DNA of 64,000 nt from an uncultured Clostridia bacterium (GTDB lineage Bacteria; Bacillota; Clostridia; Christensenellales; CAG-917): contig CASDRL010000011.1 in NCBI GenBank assembly GCA_949283145.1, positions 1,142 through 65,141 on the forward strand. Direction: 5' to 3'. Below the pieces are notes generated by a model, which did not search any database, was not told the origin of the DNA, and saw only the letters and a list, made by a program, of their open reading frames with translations. This document shows, in pieces, positions 45,871 through 54,028 of the stretch. The position numbers were made by a program, and so were the translations under genes. Position 1 is the first letter of the stretch. Each line of letters begins with the position of its first letter.

Positions 45871-47885
45871 GAAAGAAGATCACATTCGTACTGATCGCCG
45901 CCGTGATGACCGCGGTCGTCGCGCTCACAGTGTTCGGCTGCGACAAATTCAGCACAAACATGCCGTCTCTTGCGGACATCTATGCCAACTACGATTCCAC
46001 GCAGGGCGAGATCGACGGGGCGGAGCTCAGTCTCGTTCTCCCCGACGGCTGGAAAGTGCTTTCCTCCACAAGCGGTTACGACCCGAGTTCCAAGACGAAG
46101 TACAACGCCGATTCGGACATCGGTTATATCGCTAGCATGAACGCTTTCATCATCGTCAACGAGAACAACGATCTTTCCGTGGTCAAAGTCCCCGAGGGCG
46201 ATGACAAGACAGTGACGGAGGAAGATTTCCTCATCCCTCCCGGCACCGCCGTGCGCGCGATCAAAGCGGCGGGAAGCTATTTTGCCGTGCGCATAGCCAG
46301 CAGTTCCGGGTTCGTCGGCGTGATGGACGCGAACGGCAACTGGAGGGTCAACGCTTCCAAGACCAAGTCCGTCAGCGACGAAATAGACGAAAACACTCTC
46401 TCTTCCGCTATACGCGTGCTGGATGACGAGCTGGTCGCGGTCAACCCCGCAAATTCCGCGGAGACCGCGGGCAACGCCTCTTACACCCCCATCTACCGCA
46501 TTTCCACGGGTGAGATGGTGTGCAGGATAAATACGGGCGGATCTATCGGCGGCATCCTCGGTTTTGACGGGAAGTATGTGTCCGTTGAGACCTCGTCAAA
46601 GGACAGCGGCAAAGAGACGCGCATATATGCCGTGCCCGACGTCCTCGGCGCCTCCGCCGATCTCTCCTATCCCCGCCACGGCAACTTTGTCAACACGGGC
46701 GACTACGACGACTATTACACCGAGTCGCTCTATCTCGGGGAGGGCAAGTTCTATGTCCACACCGAATGGACGGTGGATTCGGACGCGACCTACACCTACG
46801 CTTACGGCGGCGAATATTACCGCGCCGTCCGCTATTTCTATTATCCCGACCGCGACGATACGGAACAGTACACCTCTTCCCACATCTTCCTGAACGCCGT
46901 CAATTCTTATTACGACGGAGTGCAGGGCAGGAGTCTCGGCGATGCGACGGTCACGCCGTCATCCTTCCTCAAAGACGGCTATTCGTATGCATCGTTCGGG
47001 CTCACCGTGGACGCGGATAAAAATGCGTATTACGACCAGTTCATTTTGGACAGCGATCTGAACATTGTCTATTCTCTCACCACCAATTTCGGCATTCGGC
47101 CGGAGGGCTCTCTCGACCGCGACGAGGTCGGTCTTTACGACCTTATGATGCAGGGGTCGGACGGCTATTATTACGCGAGGCTCTATCCGAGCGCCATCAG
47201 GCTGTATGATGCCGACGGTTCCCTCATCTTTGAAAACGACGAGCACGAGTATGTCAGCGCGGGGTTGCAGAACGGCATCATCATCGCGGGCATAGAGGAC
47301 AGCGACGGAGATGTGGTGTACGGCGCGTTCGATCTTTCCGGCAACAACGTCATCCCCTTCGAATACAGCTACATCGAACCTTTCAGGAGCTATTACACCT
47401 ATGCCGTGACCGCGGAGAACAACACCGCCGTGCTTCTCGGGCGCGACGGTATGCCCGCACCCCTCGAAGAGGGGGCGAGCAAGCACTTCCCGGACGTCGC
47501 CACGAGTAGCAGCAACAAGGCGCTGGAAAAGAGGGGATGCTATGTTTTCACCATCAAGACCGACGACGGTACCCGTTACGGCGTCAAGAATATGAGCGGG
47601 GATTTCGACGACAACATCGTCCTTCCCGCGCAACTCACGTCGTGCACGCTCTATTCCCCTCTCAACGACAACAGCATCGTCTTTGCCTGGGGCAACCGCG
47701 AAGAGGACGGCGCGTTCTGCGTCTATGCGATGACCTCTTCCGATGACGGCGGAGCCCCCGCGGGAGACCTTCCCGACTGGGCGGTGGGGCTCATCGCGGC
47801 GGGCTGCACCCTTGTCGTCGCAGCGGCGGTCATTGGCGTTATCATCGCTGTGAGACGCAGGAAGAAGGCAGGTGCCGCGCAATGA
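45867..47885 (+). CDS. Hypothetical lipoprotein with WG-like repeats and a C-terminal TM anchor
   Basis: 672 aa. Lipobox LTVFGC. Repeats of the type YGVKNMSGDFDDNIVLP and YGAFDLSGNNVIPFEY. C-terminal TM followed by RRRKK. Confidence 0.6.
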   Translation: MRKKITFVLIAAVMTAVVALTVFGCDKFSTNMPSLADIYANYDSTQGEIDGAELSLVLPDGWKVLSSTSGYDPSSKTKYNADSDIGYIASMNAFIIVNENNDLSVVKVPEGDDKTVTEEDFLIPPGTAVRAIKAAGSYFAVRIASSSGFVGVMDANGNWRVNASKTKSVSDEIDENTLSSAIRVLDDELVAVNPANSAETAGNASYTPIYRISTGEMVCRINTGGSIGGILGFDGKYVSVETSSKDSGKETRIYAVPDVLGASADLSYPRHGNFVNTGDYDDYYTESLYLGEGKFYVHTEWTVDSDATYTYAYGGEYYRAVRYFYYPDRDDTEQYTSSHIFLNAVNSYYDGVQGRSLGDATVTPSSFLKDGYSYASFGLTVDADKNAYYDQFILDSDLNIVYSLTTNFGIRPEGSLDRDEVGLYDLMMQGSDGYYYARLYPSAIRLYDADGSLIFENDEHEYVSAGLQNGIIIAGIEDSDGDVVYGAFDLSGNNVIPFEYSYIEPFRSYYTYAVTAENNTAVLLGRDGMPAPLEEGASKHFPDVATSSSNKALEKRGCYVFTIKTDDGTRYGVKNMSGDFDDNIVLPAQLTSCTLYSPLNDNSIVFAWGNREEDGAFCVYAMTSSDDGGAPAGDLPDWAVGLIAAGCTLVVAAAVIGVIIAVRRRKKAGAAQ

Positions 47886-48865
47886 TCACGCGCATAGTAA
47901 ATGCAGAAGACGGGCTTGACGAAGCCGTTTCGCTCATAAAAAGCGGCGAATTGGTCGTTTTCCCCACCGAGACGGTGTATGGTCTCGGGGCGAACGCTTT
48001 CGACCCCGCAGCGGTCGGGAAGATCTTTGAGGCAAAGGGCAGACCGCAGGACAATCCCCTCATCGTGCACATCTCCGCAGTCGGCGAAGTGAAGGAGATC
48101 GCGCGCGATGTCCCCGAAGTTTTCTACACCCTTGCGGAGCGGTTCATGCCCGGAGCGCTCACCGTCGTGCTTCCTAAGTCCGACCGCATCCCCGGGATCG
48201 TCACCGCGGGCGGAGATACCGTTGCGGTCAGGATGCCGGACAACGCTTTCGCGCGGGAGCTCATCTCCCGTTCCTTCCCGCTTGCCGCGCCTTCCGCGAA
48301 CAGGAGCAAGCACGTGTCTCCCACCTCGGCGGGACACGTATATGACGATCTGAACGGGCGCGTGCCTCTCATCCTCGACGGAGGGGAGTGCAGGGTCGGC
48401 ATAGAGTCCACCGTGCTAGATCTCACTTCCGGCGATCCCGTCATCCTGCGTCCCGGTGCGGTGACGGCTGAGATGCTGGCGCCTTATCTGGGGGCTGCGC
48501 CCGGCAGCGGCAAAGTCATCGGGACGGCGAAATCTCCCGGGATGAAATACCGCCATTACGCGCCGACGGCGGAAGCATATGCCGCGCTGAGCGCGGAGTC
48601 CGCGGCGGCGTTTTACGACCGCTGCGCGGCGGAGGGCAAGAGTCCCGTACTGCTTTTCAGGGACATATATCCCGACATTCTCGGAGAGAGGTCGCGAGTG
48701 TCGCTGGGCAGGAGCGTGGACGATTTTATGCACAACGTCTATTCCGCGCTGCGCACCGCGGAGAAAGAGCACGATGTCATCATCGTCGAGACCCTTGCGG
48801 GCGAAGGCAGGGCCGCGTCCGTGATGAACAGGGTGATGAAAGCCGTGGGAGGCAAGACGGTATGA
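47882..48865 (+). CDS. tsaC: L-threonylcarbamoyladenylate synthase (Sua5/YwlC type)
   Basis: 327 aa; VFPTETVYGLGANAF motif plus a Sua5 C-terminal domain. Confidence 0.88.
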   Translation: MITRIVNAEDGLDEAVSLIKSGELVVFPTETVYGLGANAFDPAAVGKIFEAKGRPQDNPLIVHISAVGEVKEIARDVPEVFYTLAERFMPGALTVVLPKSDRIPGIVTAGGDTVAVRMPDNAFARELISRSFPLAAPSANRSKHVSPTSAGHVYDDLNGRVPLILDGGECRVGIESTVLDLTSGDPVILRPGAVTAEMLAPYLGAAPGSGKVIGTAKSPGMKYRHYAPTAEAYAALSAESAAAFYDRCAAEGKSPVLLFRDIYPDILGERSRVSLGRSVDDFMHNVYSALRTAEKEHDVIIVETLAGEGRAASVMNRVMKAVGGKTV

Positions 48866-49293
48866 AGATGGTCTTCGTCTGCACGGGGAATACCTGCCGT
48901 TCGCCCATGATGGCGGCAATGTTCCGCGACTATGCGAAGAAGGTGGGGTTCGACTGTGAGGTTGCCTGTGCGGGGATGAAGGGCGGCGGTTCTCCCGTCA
49001 ACCCGAAAGCGGCGCACACGCTCGCTTTGCGCGGACTGTCGGCGGAAGGGCACGTGTCGTCGGTGTTCGGAGAAAAGGATGCGGACGCCGACTTTGTCTT
49101 CACCATGACGGATGAGCAGCGAGATGAACTGCGTTCCCGCCATCCCTCTCTCCGCGTCGAGAGTTTGTCCGTCTTTGCCGGCGGCGACATTGCCGATCCG
49201 TACGGCGGCACGCAGGAAGATTATGACGCTACGGCAGATGTCTTCGAGGGCATCTTGGGCAAGCTGCACGACTACATCGTCACCCATTCGTAA
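48862..49293 (+). CDS. Low-molecular-weight phosphatase (YwlE-like protein arginine/tyrosine phosphatase)
   Basis: 143 aa with P-loop CTGNTCRSPM. Its position after sua5 mirrors Bacillus ywlC-ywlE. Confidence 0.8.
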   Translation: MKMVFVCTGNTCRSPMMAAMFRDYAKKVGFDCEVACAGMKGGGSPVNPKAAHTLALRGLSAEGHVSSVFGEKDADADFVFTMTDEQRDELRSRHPSLRVESLSVFAGGDIADPYGGTQEDYDATADVFEGILGKLHDYIVTHS

Positions 49294-49316
49294 AGGGCGG
49301 ATGCGGACGGAACGGA

Positions 49317-49338
49317 AAGGCGCAAGGGCGCCTTTTTC
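49317..49338 (+). terminator. Intrinsic terminator
   Basis: aggcgc/gcgcct stem followed by ttttt. Confidence 0.55.
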
Positions 49339-49431
49339 GATAAAGGGAAAGCGCGGTTTTTGCCGCGCTTCCTGAAGGACAGGTCTTCGTCCGTATACGC
49401 CGGGCGGCACGCCGCGGCGTTTCTTTGCCGA

Positions 49432-49914
49432 TCACAGCGAGGCGATGAGCTCTTTGAATATCTTTATGTGCAGTTCTTCGTCCAGAACGATGCGTTCAAG
49501 CAGGTTCTTTACGCTTTCGGTGCGCAGCGCTAAGACGGTGCGCTCGTAGTTGAGGATGGCGGTCTCCTCTGCGGTGATGTTCTCTCTCAGGAATTTTTTG
49601 GGATCGAGAGTATAATTCGGGAAGCTCCCGCTCCAATAAGTTCTTCCGCCCATGACGGGATAGCCGCCGAGCTTTACGATGGCGCGTCCGAGCAGCTCGT
49701 GATGGTGCATTTCCGTTTTCGCGATGCCGCCGACGGCGGCGGCGACCTCCTTGAAGCGCGTCGTGACATAGCTTTGGAAGCAGTAGGTAGTGATGGCGGT
49801 GAGTTCGCCAGCAGGTCCGCCGTACAGCGGCATCAGCAGCTTGCTGTCCGCGAGGTTTTCGGCGCAGTCTATCTCGGGATAGGGCAGTTCGGACGCGAAG
49901 ATCTCATTGTCCAT
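49432..49914 (-). CDS. Ferritin-like / manganese-catalase-family (CotJC-like) protein
   Basis: 160 aa; GGPAGELTAITTYCFQSY and EMHHHELL di-metal-type helices. Confidence 0.6.
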   Translation of the reverse strand: MDNEIFASELPYPEIDCAENLADSKLLMPLYGGPAGELTAITTYCFQSYVTTRFKEVAAAVGGIAKTEMHHHELLGRAIVKLGGYPVMGGRTYWSGSFPNYTLDPKKFLRENITAEETAILNYERTVLALRTESVKNLLERIVLDEELHIKIFKELIASL

Positions 49915-50096
49915 AGGCTCCTCCTTTCGCCCCCAGTATATGAAGGGGAGAGGCGCATGGTGACGGAAAACGCCTTGCCGAAGAGAAAATGCGTCAATCC
50001 GCTTGCAAAAGATATCCCCGTGTGATAGGATATTATAGCTTGTAAACGGAAACGCGCGCGAACAGCGGCATTTTCCGTCCGAGAGGTGTCTTAGAT

Positions 50097-50465
50097 ATGA
50101 AGAAAAGAGTCATAATGCTTATCGCACTCATCGCACTCGTCGCCGTGCTCGGCGTCGTGCTTGCTGCGTGCAACGAGTCCACCACGTCCGACCCCGCCGG
50201 TTCCATCGACTACGACGTCAGACAGAACGTTACTCTTGCGTTCATGATCATGATGCTCGTCGCCGGCATCGCGCTCATTGTGGTCGTCATGATGCAGAAG
50301 GGCACAAACGATAATGTGGGAGTCATCTCGGGTGCATCCGACACTTATTACGGCAGGAACAAGGAGAAGGGCAAGGAAAGCGTGCTCAAAAAGGTGACTT
50401 TCGCACTGTTCGCTTTCATTCTCATCTGCTCCATCATCTGCTTCGTCGTCGGCACCGTGGACTGA
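50097..50465 (+). CDS. secG: SecG-like preprotein translocase subunit with extra N-terminal lipoprotein-type segment
   Basis: 122 aa. The last approx 75 aa resemble SecG (TM, then MMQKGTNDNVGVISGASDTYYG, then TM). The N-terminus adds a TM/lipobox (LGVVLAAC). Confidence 0.5.
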   Translation: MKKRVIMLIALIALVAVLGVVLAACNESTTSDPAGSIDYDVRQNVTLAFMIMMLVAGIALIVVVMMQKGTNDNVGVISGASDTYYGRNKEKGKESVLKKVTFALFAFILICSIICFVVGTVD

Positions 50466-50482
50466 GCGGAATGCAAAGTTCG

Positions 50483-50513
50483 GACGGCTCCCGCAAAAAC
50501 GGGAGCCGTTTTT
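50483..50513 (+). terminator. Intrinsic terminator after the secG-like gene
   Basis: acggctcccg/cgggagccgt stem followed by tttttt. Confidence 0.7.
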
Positions 50514-50543
50514 TAGTGCCCTGCGGGAATGATGCGCATCCGT

Positions 50544-50576
50544 CTCGGAGCAATTCTTTTCGGCGCTTTTCCGCGG
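50544..50576. repeat. 33-nt intergenic direct repeat, copy 1
   Basis: ctcggagcaattcttttcggcgcttttccgcgg; the second copy at 50731-50764 differs by about 3 substitutions plus 1 indel. Confidence 0.6.
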
Positions 50577-50730
50577 CTGAGGCTTGCCAATATGTATACT
50601 ATTGCCTGCGCCTCACCCGCAAAAAATCATCCGAAAATCTTTTGCTCCGAGGTGTCGGAAATCCCGCGGCGCCGGGGCGGATCCGCATCACCCCCGCAGG
50701 GCGTGCTCTCCGAAATGCTCACGGATCAGG

Positions 50731-50764
50731 CTCGGAACGATTCTTTTCGGCGCTTTTCCGCAGG
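50731..50764. repeat. 33-nt intergenic direct repeat, copy 2
   Basis: ctcggaacgattcttttcggcgcttttccgcagg. Confidence 0.6.
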
Positions 50765-50935
50765 GTTGTCCGCCGGAAGTCACACCGATACGGTGCAAAG
50801 CAATTGCTCCTGAGCGGGAGGAAAAGAGTGCGGCGTGCGCTCATTCCGGGAGAGGGTGTAAAACTCTTGTAAAAACAGAGAAAAAGTTATATCATATAAA
50901 TTACGGCGCGCGGTGCGCGCGAAAGAGAGAATGTG

Positions 50936-51388
50936 ATGAAGATCGTTGCCACCAACAAAAAAGCCTATCACGACTATTTCGTGGAGGAGACTTATGAGGC
51001 GGGGGTGGCGCTTGTCGGCACGGAAGTCAAGTCCGTGCGGCTGGGCAAGGTGAATCTCCGCGACAGCTACGTCTCGCTGAAGAGCGGCGAGGCGGTGCTT
51101 TCGGGTGCGCACATTTCTCCGTACGAGAAGGGGAGCTATTTCAACGTCGATCCTGTCCGTCCGCGCAAGCTGCTGCTGCACAAGGACGAGATAAGGAAGC
51201 TGAAAGCCAAGACGGAGCAGAAGGGCTATACCGTCGTCCCTCTCAGGATCTATTTCAAGGACAGCCTTGTCAAGGTGGAGATCGGGCTGTGCAAGGGCAA
51301 GGATCTTTACGACAAGCGCGAGACGCTGAAGCGCCGCGAAGAGGCGCGCAAGCTGGACCGCATCAAAAAAGAGTTCAACACCAGATGA
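50936..51388 (+). CDS. smpB: SsrA-binding protein SmpB
   Basis: 150 aa; NKKAYHDYF...GTEVKSVR signature. GTG 50933 is an alternative start. Confidence 0.93.
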   Translation: MKIVATNKKAYHDYFVEETYEAGVALVGTEVKSVRLGKVNLRDSYVSLKSGEAVLSGAHISPYEKGSYFNVDPVRPRKLLLHKDEIRKLKAKTEQKGYTVVPLRIYFKDSLVKVEIGLCKGKDLYDKRETLKRREEARKLDRIKKEFNTR

Positions 51389-51428
51389 CCGCCGAAGTGC
51401 CGTGCATTTGGCAGAAAAGGAGTTTTAT

Positions 51429-52712
51429 ATGAGCAAGATCGAGACTTTATGTGTCCAAGGCGGCTATACGCCCGGCAACGGCGAGCCGAGGCAGATCCCC
51501 ATCGTACAGAGCACGACCTTCCGCTATGAGACCAGCGAGGATATGGCGAAGCTCTTCGACCTGGAGGCGTCGGGCTATTTCTACACCCGCCTGCAGAACC
51601 CCACCAACGACACGGTGGCGGCGAAGATCTGCGCCCTCGAGGGCGGCACCGCGGCGATGCTCACGTCGTCGGGTCAGGCGGCGAATTTCTTTGCGGTGTT
51701 CAACATCGCGAGCGCGGGCGATCACGTGGTGGCGAGCTCCACCATCTACGGCGGCACATTCAATCTCTTTTCCGTCACGATGAAGCGCATGGGCATCGAT
51801 TTCACTTTCGTCGCACCCGATGCGAGCGAGGAGGAACTGAACGCGGCGTTCCGTCCCAACACCAAGGCGGTGTTCGGCGAGACGATCGCAAACCCCGCGC
51901 TCACCGTCCTTGACATCGAGAAGTTCGCGCACGCGGCGCACGCGCACGGCGTGCCCCTCATCGTCGATAATACCTTTGCCACTCCCGTCAACTGCCGTCC
52001 CTTCGAGTGGGGCGCGGACATCGTGACGCACTCCACCACCAAGTATATGGACGGGCACGGCGCCGCGGTGGGCGGCTGCATAGTGGACAGCGGCAAGTTC
52101 GACTGGACGAAGTATCCCGAGAAGTTCCCGGGGCTTTGCACTCCGGACGAGAGCTATCACGGCGTGACTTATACCGAGCGTTTCGGGCTTGCGGGCGCGT
52201 TCATCACCAAGGCGACGGCACAGCTCATGCGCGACTTCGGCGCCATCCAGTCGCCGCAGAACGCGTTCCTTTTGAACCTCGGGCTTGAAAGCCTGCATGT
52301 AAGGATGCAGCGTCATTGCGAGAACGCCCTCAAAATGGCGCAGTTCCTTGCGGAGAGCGAGTATGTCGGGCACGTCACCTATTGCGATCTGCCCGGCGAC
52401 AAATATCACGAAGTGGCGAAGAAGTATCTGCCTCACGGCTCCTGCGGCGTGGTCAGCTTCACCGTGAAGGGCGGCAGAAAAGCGGCGGAGAACTTCATGA
52501 AGCATCTCAAACTCATCGCCATCGAGACGCATGTCGCGGATGCCAGATCCTGCTGTCTGCATCCCGCAAGTTCCACCCACCGTCAGATGACGGACGTTGA
52601 GCTCGCCGCCTGCGGAGTGTCGCCGGATCTTGTCCGCCTCTCCTGCGGCATCGAGAACGCGGACGACCTCATCGCCGATGTCAGGCAGGCGCTCGAAGCG
52701 GCGCACGCCTGA
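51429..52712 (+). CDS. metY: O-acetylhomoserine aminocarboxypropyltransferase (sulfhydrylase)
   Basis: Trimmed to ATG 51429 (AAGGAG upstream). PLP lysine motif HSTTKYMDGHG. Confidence 0.9.
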   Translation: MSKIETLCVQGGYTPGNGEPRQIPIVQSTTFRYETSEDMAKLFDLEASGYFYTRLQNPTNDTVAAKICALEGGTAAMLTSSGQAANFFAVFNIASAGDHVVASSTIYGGTFNLFSVTMKRMGIDFTFVAPDASEEELNAAFRPNTKAVFGETIANPALTVLDIEKFAHAAHAHGVPLIVDNTFATPVNCRPFEWGADIVTHSTTKYMDGHGAAVGGCIVDSGKFDWTKYPEKFPGLCTPDESYHGVTYTERFGLAGAFITKATAQLMRDFGAIQSPQNAFLLNLGLESLHVRMQRHCENALKMAQFLAESEYVGHVTYCDLPGDKYHEVAKKYLPHGSCGVVSFTVKGGRKAAENFMKHLKLIAIETHVADARSCCLHPASSTHRQMTDVELAACGVSPDLVRLSCGIENADDLIADVRQALEAAHA

Positions 52713-52788
52713 GATCCCTTGCGGCAGGTGAGGGGAGCGGCCGCCGTCCCGCATATGACGGCTAAGACAAAGTGACTACGGAGGCAAT

Positions 52789-53721
52789 ATGCCCATCATC
52801 ATTCCGAAAGACATACCCGCCTATGCGTCGCTGCGTAGCGAGAAGATCTTCGTCATGGATGCGGAGCGCGCGGGCACGCAGGACATCCGCCCGCTGGAAG
52901 TCGCCATCGTCAACCTCATGCCCACAAAAGAGGTGACGGAGACCCAGCTCATGCGGTTGCTCGGCAACACTCCTCTGCAGGTGAACATCCACCTCATCGG
53001 GACGGCGAGTTATAAGAGCACGCACGTCTCCGAGGCGCACATGCAGAAGTTTTACCGTTCCATTTCGGAAGTGAAAAAGATGAAGTTCGACGGCATGATC
53101 GTCACCGGTGCGCCCGTGGAGACCATCCCCTTCGAGGAGGTCAAATATTGGAACGAGCTTGTCGAGATCATGGATTTCGCGCGCGAAAACGTCACCAGCA
53201 CCATATACATCTGCTGGGGAGCGCAGGCGGCGATGTATCACTTCTGGGGCATCGGCAAGCAGCTCCTCGACAAGAAGCTTTTCGGCGTGTTCGCCACCCA
53301 CGCCATGCAGGAGAACGATATGCTCCTGAAAGGTATGGACGACACATTCTACATCCCGCACTCCCGCCACACCCGCGTGGACGAAGAGGCGGTGCGCGCG
53401 TGTCCGGACATCAAGGTGCTGGCGTCCTCTCCCGAGGCAGGCATCTCCATCGCGAAGACGCACGACAACCGCATGTTCTTCTTCACGGGACACGCGGAGT
53501 ACGACCGTTTCACCCTGAAAAACGAGTACGACCGCGACCGCGCAAAGGGGCTTAGTATCGAGCCCCCGAAGAACTATTTCGTCAACGAAGAGCTCGGCAT
53601 CGTGGACATGAAGTGGCGCTCCACCGCCAATCTTCTCTTCTACAACTGGCTGAACTATTACGTCTATCAGGTCACGCCGTACGAGATCCACTCCGTGGGC
53701 TCCGTCCCCGCCTCCGAGTGA
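52789..53721 (+). CDS. metA: Homoserine O-acyltransferase (MetA family)
   Basis: 310 aa; MPIIIPKDIPA opening, NLMPTK motif, catalytic Cys context ICWGAQA. Confidence 0.9.
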   Translation: MPIIIPKDIPAYASLRSEKIFVMDAERAGTQDIRPLEVAIVNLMPTKEVTETQLMRLLGNTPLQVNIHLIGTASYKSTHVSEAHMQKFYRSISEVKKMKFDGMIVTGAPVETIPFEEVKYWNELVEIMDFARENVTSTIYICWGAQAAMYHFWGIGKQLLDKKLFGVFATHAMQENDMLLKGMDDTFYIPHSRHTRVDEEAVRACPDIKVLASSPEAGISIAKTHDNRMFFFTGHAEYDRFTLKNEYDRDRAKGLSIEPPKNYFVNEELGIVDMKWRSTANLLFYNWLNYYVYQVTPYEIHSVGSVPASE

Positions 53722-53750
53722 GCTCGCCGGCAAAACCGATATGCGCTTCA

Positions 53751-53778
53751 AGACCGCTCCCTTTCGGGGCGGTCTTTT
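53751..53778 (+). terminator. Intrinsic terminator after metA
   Basis: agaccgc...gcggtct stem followed by tttt. Confidence 0.65.
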
Positions 53779-53964
53779 GCTGCCAGGAGAGGGCGGCGGA
53801 ACAGCGGCAATTTGATGAAGCATCGTGCATTACGGCGGCGGGACTGCGGTGATTTGATGAAGCGCGCCCATGAGACGGCTTTGCGCGGAAATCGGCGGCG
53901 GCGGATTCGGTTCATATCATTCCGATCCGGCAGTAAAAACATCGGGATTTTATTTTTCCCAATC

Positions 53965-53993
53965 TTGAACTTGTGTATGTTATCTGCTATACT
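53965..53993 (+). promoter_or_regulatory. Sigma-70-type promoter
   Basis: TTGAAC, 17-nt spacer, TATACT upstream of the 54029 gene. Confidence 0.5.
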
Positions 53994-54028
53994 GTATATA
54001 TAACCATAACTATCCCAAGGGGGAGAAT

